Shown here piece by piece: positions 52,501 through 63,600 of a stretch of DNA of 64,000 nucleotides; the stretch's first letter is position 1, and each line of letters starts with the position of its first letter. Both the position numbers and the translations under genes were made by a program. Source of the DNA: Paraspadella gotoi (lineage: Eukaryota > Animalia > Chaetognatha); contig CM119264.1 of the NCBI GenBank assembly GCA_051294375.1, positions 4,303,392 through 4,367,391 on the forward strand, given 5' to 3'. Under the pieces are notes generated by a model, which saw only the letters and a program-made list of their open reading frames with translations, was not told the origin of the DNA and made no database searches.

Positions 52501-55400
52501 GAATGGAATTACGATCCTTCCTTTCTTTGATTTCTTGTCTTTTTCTTTGCCATCTAAACCAAGAGATTCTCGATTTCAGCCAGCCGGCGAAAAAATAGAA
52601 AAATCCAGCGGGACGAGCAGAGCGAAGACGGCGGCGTACAAAGGTCGACGGCCGTGTCAGGCGAAATCTCGAAGAAGAAGGCTTGCGTTGGCCGCCTCAG
52701 CCGTTCCTGCAACAACTGGGAACGCCGCTTCAAATCTGGTCGTCGTCGACGCCGGGATCTGAGACTTACTTGCCATGCTCATCTTGGTGCGGGAGACGCC
52801 ATTTCTTTGCACAGCTGCTTGAAAAATTTTCCAACGTCTGCTGGCCCGCAGACTTTTGTCGAAAACTTCTCTTGCGTCTCTCAAGCCCGCTGCTTCACAC
52901 TGCTTGGAAGCGGTCATCGTGTGTCGAAAAATGCCCTTCCAAAGGAGGCTTTGCTTTTGCGACAAATATCATTCCGCTCCTCCCATTTAGACGGTTTGAG
53001 CCCCGTCAAGGATGCGGGATCTTTCAAAAGTATCTTCACGCCAAATTTTTCTTGCATCGAACGAGCAGCGGGACAATTAGTCTGGACGCCGCGCGAATAG
53101 TCAAGGACCGGCCGCCGTGTGTACCAGACTACGTGACTTTTGCTGTTTAGCGCCGAGAGCGGGGGCGCGTTTCCCGCCCCACGGCGACTGCGCCGATCAC
53201 ATGGACAGTCGTCCGACGCGACGACGTTAATCAAACTCTTGTATTATTTTGGATTATGGGCCGAGATATTGCGTTCTTCTTTTTAATAATATCTATTCCG
53301 TTTTACAAGTGATTCAAACTGCAGCTTTAGTTCTCCGTTTAAATATTTTTCATTTTCTCGGCTCTGAGTCCTCACTCCTAGGCCAAAGTGCGTTGTGAAA
53401 AAATTGAAGATTTCTTCGCGTTTGACGACGCGTTCCATCTGTGATTGGAGGAATGTCCCTTCCGGCCGCCCCCGTCGACACGTTCTTGCGTTTCAGTGCG
53501 ACGCTCACGCTCTGCAGCTAGAGATTTTCTCTTTTATTATATTCATCCTCGTGGAGACGAGAAATCGATATTGCCGCAGTGGAAAATTGTCCTTCTCTAC
53601 AAAGATGTCGGCTGACCGGTCGACGATCTGATCGGCCATAGGGTCGTCCTGAGCTCCGCGGGGAATTCATCTCGACAACTGATCCGTCATCGGATATCGA
53701 CAACGTGGCTGCTCAGCGTGGAATTTTCGCGACATTTCGACGCCGATGTTATTAGGGCCACCTCAGCGAAGAGCGCTCGTCCTTCAATCAATGCCAGGGT
53801 TCATCGTGGCTTCGCTGTCGAGCCGAAATTCGGTCGACGATACGTGTTTGAACCGGGCGAGGTGACATGGATGACGATTTAACTTTATTTTCCATTCCGA
53901 ACGAAAAATGTTATTTATTTCTTTTTTCCTGGGGAAACATCGGGGCGGGCCCCAAAAAAAGCTTCTAGAGACGACGCCGCGAGATGTTCTTTCTTCTGGA
54001 GATGCTCCTCCGAGATGCCTGCGGCGTCGTATATTGTTAAGTGCGCGTCAAGTTTAGTTTTGAGTAAAATTATTTAATCCGCGTGTCGCCTAATTTGTAC
54101 TCACCACGTTCGAATGATTCAATTTCATGTTTTATAATTCGTTATTTTCTTGGCGATTTTACGCTCATGTCAAATATAGTAAATTCGAGGTATAAAAAAA
54201 TCGCGTTTTTTACTCTCGTTTGTGTCCAAATATCGAATTATGTCTAAATTCATGGAACCATCCTGGTGACTACGAATATAGCAAAACGTAGCTACTACTC
54301 TGATGATGCGAATCTGCGGCCTCCTCCTCTCTCTATCACACGGAAAATTCCGGATATGGATTTCAATATACTATGATTGCCGGACCTGATTTCTCTTTGG
54401 TGCCGCTGCGGATCGACCGTGTCCATTAACGAGCGTACGTCTGGTCTCCATGGAAACATAAGAATCATCCGGGTTTCATCGCCGAGTTGTTGCGGGTGGC
54501 TTCCGTTCCTCGTCGCAGTGCTTCTCTCCGTTTCTCAATCCGATCCCATAGTTATTCCGTTGCCTTCGTTGGGTGCTGCGATCGTAATTGCTGCCTTTCG
54601 TTTGCGCGTGTTATGGACTGTTTTTAGCCTTCAACGTAGACATCTGCGGCAGAAGATCCCTCGAGTCTTCGTGAAATCTCATTCGACAGCCAATCGCCTC
54701 TTGTCGCTAAATGTAAATTATTTCGGTTTTCAGATGGAACTTCTCATGTTTAATCGACACCTATCAGATCTACCAAGATTGTGCTGGGAGGTCCTATTCG
54801 CTCTTCGTGGGTTGTCTCCTTCGTCGACTGGCGGGGGGAATGACGCTTCAACGCTGTTCCTCCGAGGCGAAGCATTCCGATCATGAGATTCCCATCGTCT
54901 CGGGCCTCAGGCGCGAAATTATCACTCCTTTAACGTTCAGACGACCTTCTTATCCACCTTGCGATCAGAGGTCGGGCCTACTCGCTCTTCTTGTAGACGA
55001 AACCAAGTGACGAGCATTGTTGGAGGCCGCCGTTAAATCAGAAAGGTGCCTAGCAACGACTCGTACGGGCGGCGCGCGTTCGTGCGGACCCGAATGAAAA
55101 ATTTCGATCGTGCCGATCGCATTTTTAAAACTAAAATCGTCCCGTTTGATAATTAGATTGATCGGGACAGGTCTCAACAATTACAAATTAGAACATACCT
55201 CACCTCCAAAGAACATAACTCTTTGTGCCATATTTTTCATTTTATTGCTATGATCAACCGAAAATTATTTTCTTACAGACGGCTCCACTCGGACCGAAAA
55301 AACGAAAATTCGTTTTTCCCACCTCTATTTTGCTTATTTTTCGTGACTACGGCCCGTAGAAAATTTCCCCCAGTAGGAGATTGTACCTAACCTGAAAATT
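48805..55400 (-). CDS. Divergent RNA-primed-type family B DNA polymerase, N-terminal through thumb regions (spliced; frameshifted in this sequence)
   Basis: Motifs in canonical order, read across indels: ExoI-like IEIHIRNFP..PQIRII (~54367-54303); ExoII-like DEPW..RALF (~53806-53768); ALKG-GIVE then L-FA-SY-P motif A-like (~52456-52345); RIGV-KTVDELWEKR (~51445-51400); KQVILDFAKNSYYGL motif B (~51327-51283); VTDSFCIVF motif C-like (~50665-50639); MLKFGKRFQPVVLKKFEY (~50196-50143); LKG-VPMKAF (~50066-50040). The 5' end is uncertain. Confidence 0.8.
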
Positions 55401-55979
55401 TTTTTTTTTTCTGAATTTGTTTTTAAATGGATTTTTTCAGATTTTGAATTTTTTGATTTATTTATTTTTACTGGTTTAAGACATGTTTTCTTCAGAAACT
55501 GTTTTGTTGTTGGTTAGTACTTTATTGTAAGAATTTATTTTATTATTTTAAGTGGCTGACAGTAGGGTTTTTTCTAAAAAATATTTAATTTATTTATTTT
55601 ATTTTTCGATTTTCGTAAGTGCAACCCCCTTACTCGAAAATTTTTTTGTTCGATTTTGACAGAAAAGATGAAATTTTCGAATTCTTCTCATTTTGTCTAA
55701 TTTTTTATGTACGAGATTTCACATTTTATAGTAGCTCAAATGGGATTTTGGCTACAGTCGTAAATCGTTTATTGCCGTTTTATTTCGCGTTTTTCGGTTT
55801 TTATCGTTACGGTCATCGCGGGCTTGTTATTTTGAAATTTCGCGATTTTTTTGGAAATTTTCATTTTGGAAAAAAGAAAAATATTTTTTATTTTTAATAT
55901 TTTTTTGCCTCATTTGTAACGGGTTTTCAATAGACGTCGCGGTATTGTCGCTTCGTCTTGTTTTCCTCCTTTTTCCAGG

Positions 55980-56620
55980 TTTGCGAGACCGTCCTTGTCG
56001 ATTTTTCATCAAGGTTTTCCAAGCGGGAACAAACTTTTAAATACTTCAAAAAGCTTCAGATGCGGGCCTCCATCACTTTGTCGGTGCTTTCTGCACGATG
56101 ACATCCAGGAAGCATTCCTGCATCGACATGCTCCTTGCAGCGTTCCGACGGTTTGGCGGTCGTCTGCGGGATTTGCAGGAGACGCATGAGTGCGAGTGCC
56201 GGAAGAATCTGTGGGACTCGCAACGGCGACTCTGTACAGTATTCCGAGGCCCCCTGTGGTACTAGCGGACCTGTTAAGTCCGGACCTTGTGGAGGTGGTA
56301 CAAAGGTTTGCAAGAAGAGACAAGAGGCAGTTATTCTGCTGCTTCCCGAGGAGGTTCCAGGACCTCGAAGTCTGCGGCGGGCTCGCGAAGGGCCCGCTTA
56401 TAGGGTGCGCGGTGGAGCGTGCCATCAGAGGAGAGGTCACGGAGGCTTGTAGACGTCCGTTGATCATTTCCGGCGTCGGAACAGTCGCCGAAAGAAGGTA
56501 TTCTCCCGGATCAGGCGGAAAGAATCGCAAAGGGCAGGCCCGGGGTCCTTAAGTCTGCAGGCAGTAGGTAGAGAGGGCGTTGTTGAGTTCCATCTCGACG
56601 GCCCGCTCTCTGTGTTCACG
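55980..56620 (-). CDS. Putative coding segment of unknown function within the insertion (Cys/His-containing)
   Basis: GC-richer, stop-poor block; fragments RAVEMELNNALSTYCLQ, CKPLYHLHK, CESHRFFRHSHSCVSCK, QECFLDVI. Strand and frame are uncertain. Confidence 0.35.
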
Positions 56621-59339
56621 TGGCAGCCTTGGTTGTCGTGGGGTCCCGGCGGGAGATTATTTTGAGATTGTTTTATATTTTTTTTTTTTGAGTTGATTTT
56701 TGCCGGGAGACGGTTTGATATACAGCCCTACCTCCCTTCTGGAGATATGGGGCTAAAATTTCGTTACAGCACCATAGAATCATTGTTTAAAGGTTTTGGG
56801 TGTTTACGGAAGCTCTCCCCTGTTAAAACCACTGAGCATTTCAAATATCGCGGTGGTTTAAATGTCACGTGATTACTTATTTTCTATTTGGCAACCAGTT
56901 AAAGTAAAGCTTAATATTGCGCGCATTGTGTTCGGGTCTGAGTCATTTTCTCAGTCAGGATTCCTAAAACAATTTTAAATGTGCTTATGATAAGCATAAA
57001 GTCGCAATAACTGTACCTTTGATTATAAAATTACCTAGGCTAATTTTTTAGTCTGGCATTTTTCCGCCAATTGTAAATAAATTATAATTCATTTTATTCT
57101 TAAATTATTGTATTTCGTGTCCTATTTTTATTCCACAGAAACTCACGGTTCCGGTTCGTCGTTCGTCAATGTCAGTGGTTTTTCTCTCCCGAAAATTTCA
57201 TCTGGACGACGTTCAACGAAAACGTTTCTATAGTTAGTATGCTCTCTCTTTTCGAGATTTTTTCTTTCTTTTTGTGTCCGGGCGTCCTGTCTTTACGGCC
57301 GGACATTTTTTCGTTTTTTAAGTCTGCGTTTCGTTTCTATTAACGGCCAAGGCATTTTTTTTTCTTTTTAAACGGGCGCAGAAGTTTTTTTCAATTTTAT
57401 TGTGCGACGGCCCGGTCGCAGAGAAGAATAAAGTTTTTTTTTTCGTTTTTTGAAACGCTTACAGCGTTTTTGAAGTAAAATTAATTTAGAGAATTTTTTT
57501 TATAATAACCGAGCGTTTTTTAAAACGGATTTAAATTTTTTTAATGAATTCATTATAATTTTTTATATTATATTTTCATTTTTTAAATGTAAATTTAAAC
57601 TCCGTCGCGCGAGTTCATCCTTGACTCTTTTTTCGGGTATTATTTTCTCTTAAAGTCTAACAGGCCCGCGCCTGAAGGCTTACGGCTATTTTTTACTTTA
57701 ATCGATGGCGCTTTAGGCTTTTCTCGGAAAGCCTTTTTCTTTCTGTGAGCTGAAAAGCTCGTCTTCTGTTTTATGATTTTAACTATTTTTTTATTTTTAA
57801 TTAATGTTATTTTTATATTTCTTTATTTCCCGTTTTCTGGGTTTGTTTAAATTCGACTGAAAAAGTGGATTTCTTCCTGTTGGCGGGACGTAAAGGGTGG
57901 ATCTCGAACATACGGATTCGATTTCCTGTTAATAACGTGGCGAAAACGTTATTTATTAATATTTCTTTCAGTCAACCTCGGCGCTAGTCCTCAGACTCCG
58001 TTTCACTGGAATTTCTATTTATTTCTCACTTAGCAAACTTTTTTTATGGGAGTGCCCCGCTTCAAGCCGTATTTATTTTATTCGAGTGTTTTGTTCATGT
58101 TTATTTGGTCCTACTTTATTTTCGATATTTCTGCCCCATCGTCGACTCTTGATCGGCATGGGGCGCCTTTGTGGACGGAGTTCCTCTTTGCTTTGCTTGG
58201 CTTTGACGGTCCGTCTCGGTCAGCAAAGATATCGGTGGAAGGGTGTTTTTTCATTGGCCGCGGCGGTGAGGTTCGTGGAGGCTTGGTCCGTGCAGCGGCA
58301 GTCGGCCCTGTACCAGCCTCTCTCGTTTCACCAATGTATTACTTTGGACCTTCTTTTCTAATCTCGATTTTTTGCCTTTTTTACGTTTTTTGAGAATTTT
58401 AATATTTTTCCCTTTTTATCGTTTGCGTCGCGATTTGCGGATGTAACGGCGGATAACGTTATATTTCATCATATTTCGTTACGCCCCCGTAATATTGCGT
58501 TATGTTGACTCTCGTTATTTGGATTAAACGGCCAGTCGATTGTTTTTTTCGATGCATCATCGATGGCGACGTAAGACACGCCCCTTTTTCTCACGCGTGC
58601 GAAATCTTTCCCATTTTCCCACGTGTGTGAATGCAGCAACATTCGGTTTCGCCTTGCGTTGCGACGACGGTTCCGTTCTTGGTTGGACGCTCGGATCGTG
58701 ACCGACGATCACGGAGTTAAAGCTAATGAATTTCGAAGTTGGCGTCGGGCGTATGAGGAACCTTGATTGCGGCGGTCGTTTCTGAGAATAAGTGGCGTAC
58801 TTTACGTTTTTTCTTAATATTTTTAGCTTTAAATAAATATTTATTTTTAGCTACGTTATTATTGTTTATTACCGAAGAACCCTTTAAGGTACATACCTGC
58901 TTACCGGTTGCGTCCCAATTTTCTTTGCGGTGAATTGGTTTGTGATCGTTTTTGGTGATTGTACGTCTCGTTTTTTGGATATTTTCTCCCTTTTAAAATT
59001 TAAGAAGCAGGATCTGGATAAGGGCAGCCAGCGCAACGAGGGGATTACCATGTTATGCTGGTTTATTTTTTCGAGGGTTTGAGGGGTCTCGCCCCATCCG
59101 TTGGTCTCTCTTGTTTTACCATGCTCGTAGTTATTCTCATTGTAACGGCAGGGACGGTAATGCCTTAAAATAAATATGACAATTAAAAGTAAGTTCCTAT
59201 TATCATTCCAGATATGAGACTTATTTTTGTTTCTTAGTATGTATTCGATTTTGGTTTTATGTATGTTTCGGGTTTAGTATTGTGATAGGTATTATTCGTT
59301 TTAGGTTCTAGTTTAATTATTTTTATTTTGCCAACCTAC

Positions 59340-60776
59340 TACGGGACAAAAGTAGATAAGGAATTTAATTCTTTATTGATTTTCGAGTGATATATTTCAA
59401 GATTCATTTTCTCAAGAAGATTTCCAATTTTAACAAGAAGTTCGATCGGTGCGAGATTTAGTGCAGATTGATCCAAGATTTTAGTATTCTTTATTAATTT
59501 TTCTCATTTACTACTTTTTCCCGTAGGCTCGCAGGGTGAGGTTTTTTCGTGTGTAGTACGGTTGTGGTCTTCTAATATTTTTGGTAAGGAGTCGAACGTA
59601 CGCAGAGGCTTCAAGATTCGGTCTTCGTATCGGGGTTCCCTCAATCAGAGATCGTAGAGGGATGCTTGAGGAATTGCCTTGTGACATGACTGAAGATATG
59701 CTTTACGGTTTCTCTGATGCGGCCCACCTTGCGGTGAGAAAAATTTGAATTTTTTTGAGATTTCGTTTATTCGTCTCTTGATTGTTCCGTGATTATGACA
59801 AGGCACCTTTTGGCCTCGCCAGGTCCGTCTGAGGGTCTTAGGGTTTGATATTGTTCTTAGCCCGGATTCAATATCAACTTTGTGAGATTCCTAATTTCGT
59901 CCTGCGGGTGGCAGAAAGTGGGATTTCCGGTTAAACGTGTTATATCGTTTACCAAATCCGACAAACATAGTATTTTTTTTCTTCACCTTTTCGATTTCCC
60001 TCTAGGAATATCGATTTGTTCGGCAGGCTCGCACGTCTATTGTTCCCCGTTCTTCCTTTCTTTGCTCTCTTATTACTGAACATCCGCTGCTTCCTTCTCT
60101 AGCGATTCGACACGACGACTTTAGGCTCTCTCTTTTGTTTATCTTTAAGTACCAGGAATTCCGAAAGGCAGTGTACAGCTATTCTGAGCTTTGCGGTTGC
60201 CCCGTGATTCGATAGATTTCGAATTAAGATTCTTTATCAGAATTCTATCCAGCGTGGCATCTCTCAGATCTCAAAGTGTCACTGGGTTTTTAGTTCTATT
60301 TTCAGACATAGAAACTCTTCAGATATCTCGAATCTTATTTTTTGTGTCGATCGGCTGGTCGATTTTGGCTGGACTTTCTATGAAGAAGCAGCTCTTTGTA
60401 TTTATTGCGTTCAGAAACAAGTTAAGAAAGACACTTTAAAATTTATATATATCTGCCCTGATTTGTACTCAAATGTTTTGTTATTCTTGCCAGGACTTCT
60501 AAACTACAAGACTACAACCTACCTTCACGACTTTACAAGACTACTTCTACAACATTTTGTCAAAGTCCCTGGGCTCGTGATCGTGTCCTTCGGCCTTAGC
60601 CGGACGTCATTCTACCGAGACCTTTGTCGTCGTCATCTCAGGGAGTCTTGACCGGCGCCATTCGTATCTTCTGCGCCATTTTATACCCGACTTCATCTGG
60701 TTTGATCGACGCGACATTAGTCCAGTCAGTTAGAATTCAACGACAGCACTTCTCCCGAGACTTAGTCTTCAATACA
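59340..60776 (-). CDS. C-terminal thumb part of the same PolB, displaced to the other end of the insertion
   Basis: The repeat continues into EPAEQIDIP (~60030-60004, similar to PxxGDRIxY) and LKY-LENQ (~59400-59376, similar to the YYxxxQ thumb terminus). Confidence 0.6.
60043..60776. repeat. Right copy of terminal direct repeat
   Basis: Colinear with 48805-49551 with many indels; offset ~11,240 bp. Confidence 0.9.
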
Positions 60777-60873
60777 CTTTCATCTTTTTTTCCTTTTATT
60801 TTTTTTGATTTACTTTCCATTTCACTTTTTGGGCACTGGGTAGACGTGCAATAGATTTATCGCCCTCTCTCTC

Positions 60874-60941
<68 letters not shown>

Positions 60942-63029
60942 TCTCTTTCTCTTTCCCTTTCTACAACGAGCTTCTTTTCTCTTTCCGAATTCCTTTTTCT
61001 AAGTCCCTTTCCGAGCTACCGCACGACTCTTAACTCTTTTTTTTTTTTCCGTCATCGTTCCTTCCTTTTCACCAATTCGTTGTAAAACTCTTTTCGGGAA
61101 CTGACTGTAGGGATCGTTTCTTACGACCTTATATTGTTTTAAATCTCTTCTTGTCGCTCTGTTTAATACATCTTCAAATCATTCTATCGAAAGCATACTC
61201 GAATACCACTTCAATTGATAGGAAGCCCAGGTTCTCTGAGGAACGTGAATAAACGAAGACTGTGAGCAGGTCTCTGACTTGAAAGTCTGCAGGGACTTTG
61301 CTATCTCCATTATTTGTAAGAGTGATGGAGGCCTTTAAACCACCAAAGCTGCTCCAAAGTCATCGGGCAAGATATGCCTTATTTATTCACATGCATGCGA
61401 TGATTTTTATGAAACTTGTATTATTCTCCAATTTGCATACGGTATTATCTGTAGTTGTTCATCGCATTTCTGTTCCATATCGCACTTTCAGTCATTCTTA
61501 TCGACTATTCGAATGCCCTCGCACTCACACTCTCCTCCTCGATCTCTCTCTTCTCCGCTCCAACTCGACACACTCCAGTATCCTATTTTTACTCTTATCT
61601 CTCGCCTCTTTTTCTTCTTTTTTCTTTTTGGCCTCCATTTTTCTCCTCCTCACTCGCACACCGACACAATTCCGACTCTCAACTACGCAAACAGGAGACC
61701 ACGCACGACAGCCACGCGAACTCCCCTGGAGCCCGCACGCGCCGCCCGACACGCGACCGACCCCGCAACGCCCCCGCCCCGGGGCGTGAGAGCCAGACGG
61801 AGGAGAGAGAGAGGACGAAGAGATGAGCAGAGAGAGAGAGAGATGGAGAATGGAGGAGGAGAGAGGAGAGGATGAGACTGACGAGAGTGAGAGAGAGAGA
61901 GAAGAGAGAAGATAATGGGAGCGAACTTTCGCCGAACGTGTGGCGAACCAAGAGGACGAACAGAAGACGAAACGATGACGATCATCGCACTCCACAACGA
62001 TGATATGATGATGAGTGATGATGATGATGATGATGATCGATTGATGCATGATGATGATGATGATGATGATGATGCTAGAATGATGATGATGATGATTGAT
62101 GACGATGATCGCAATGATGACCACAATGCGGATAAGTTGTGGCGGTGACTGGTGAGTGAAGGGACATGAAGACAATAATTGATTGGATACAATTAATTAT
62201 GTTCAGTCAAAAGTGATTGATTGATTTAATTGGATGTAAATATATTTGATTATCACTCGTCAAAGGGCATTTATTTAACGTTCGTGACGATGTGGTAACT
62301 CTGTCTGTTGACTTTAAAATGAGAATTATACTAAAGAAATTCAACTAAAAAATTCTGAAATTCTGGAATCTCAGAAAGCTTCGTTTGGGCAACTGACTGA
62401 GAGAGAACCGTTTCACGTGATTGGCTGAAACCAGGGAAACGAGAGTAACGACTCCACAGAAATTATCTGGCGACTTAAACTGCAAGAAGATGGCGCAGTT
62501 ATCGTTAAGGTGGCGGCCAGATGCCAAGAATAAACGACCCTTCTCTTAAATAAAGTCGCCCGACGCCAATGGAGCTGACGCCGCCGCCGCCGCAGCCGAC
62601 GCCGCAGCCGCCGGCCCTAATTTAATCGCGCAACGAAATGATTTTTATCAGCGGCGGCCAAAGGAGGAAAAAGTCATTACATAGTGTTTAAAAACTGCGT
62701 TAGGCGATTTAATGGACGGACGGAAGAACTCGATCTGGGCGGACGGACGGACGGACGGACGGACGGAAAGGCGGTGGAAGGGAGGAGGCGTGGAAAAAGA
62801 GGGCGGGACTAATGTCCGGGAAAGTCATTGATGCAGACGAAGAGGGGGAGGAGGAAGGGTTAGGGGGGAGAGAGAGGGGGGGAGGGAGAAAGGGAGGGAG
62901 AGATCGCTAATTGTTGATTTGATTCGAATCGCGAAAAGAGACGCCCTCGGGTCATTAACGGCGCCGGCGTCATCAGCGTGATGGCGCCCTTAGCGCCGGT
63001 TTTTTAACAGCTCCTCTTTTCTTTTTTTC

Positions 63030-63135
63030 TTTTCTTTTCTTCTTTTCTTTTCTTTTCTTTTCTTTTCTTTTCTTTTCTTTTCTTTTCTTTTCTTTTCTTT
63101 TCTTTTCTTTTCTTTTCTTTTCTTTTCTTTTCATT
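63030..63135. repeat. (TTTTC)n microsatellite
   Basis: Directly visible. Confidence 0.95.
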
Positions 63136-63448
63136 TTCTTTCTCTCTCTCTCTCTTTCTTTCACTCTCTAGCTTTTTTTTTACCAACTTGTTTTTTGTTT
63201 GTTTTTTTTTTTCAAATTAATTATGTCACTTATTTAAAACCATTGCGAAGCTGCATAACTTTTTAATTAATTTTTAGTTGCATCTGCTTATCAGCAGATT
63301 TCGACTCTATAATCCACTTTGTCGGTCCGTCACTCCCACCCCAAAAGGTTGTCGGGCACTCACATAAATCATGTCAGAAAATCGAAATATGATAAATTAA
63401 GCAAAAAAAGTTTGAATTAATTAGTTAACTAATTAATTCATTAAAGTG

Positions 63449-63600
63449 AAAAAATTATGCGAGTTAAAAAAATGGAGCGAGTTTAAAAAAATAATGCAAG
63501 TTAAAAAAATTATGCGAGTTGAAAAAATGATGCGAGTTGTAAAAATGATGCCAGTTTAAAAAATGATGCAAGTAGAAAATATGATGCCAGTGGAAAAAAA
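63449..63600. repeat. ~19-bp tandem repeat (aaaaatgatgcgagtt) x ~8
   Basis: Directly visible. Confidence 0.85.

Larger units (their letters stand above)
48805..60776 (-). mobile_element. ~12-kb virus-like insertion carrying a family B DNA polymerase gene, bounded by ~740-bp direct repeats
   Basis: Abrupt change to high-complexity, microsatellite-free DNA; PolB motifs in order; terminal direct repeat; host flanks occur adjacent to each other elsewhere in the window. Confidence 0.75.

Noticed and set aside
50459-53150. Plus-strand ORFs in the island (e.g. 50459-50854, 50890-51348, 51507-51701 containing TDS/DTD)
   Set aside because: Best explained as antisense shadows of the minus-strand polymerase; no ordered motif set on the plus strand.
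58046-58393. Plus-strand ORF with LLGFDGPSRSAKISVEG, resembling a PolB N-terminal strand
   Set aside because: Wrong strand and position relative to the polymerase; a better-placed candidate exists at ~55200-55290 on the minus strand.
48805-60776. LTR retrotransposon (12 kb, ~740-bp direct repeats, right copy reads TGT...ACA from 60041)
   Set aside because: No gag/RT/RNase H/integrase motifs, PBS, polypurine tract or TSD were found. The repeat appears to be PolB coding sequence, and introns are retained.
48805-60776. Polinton/Maverick
   Set aside because: The repeats are direct, not inverted; the polymerase signatures are of the RNA-primed type; no integrase, ATPase or capsid was recognised.
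60031-60849. 9-bp inverted repeat gcacgtcta / tagacgtgc around the right terminal repeat
   Set aside because: Too short, asymmetric relative to the repeat ends, and absent at the left copy; probably chance.
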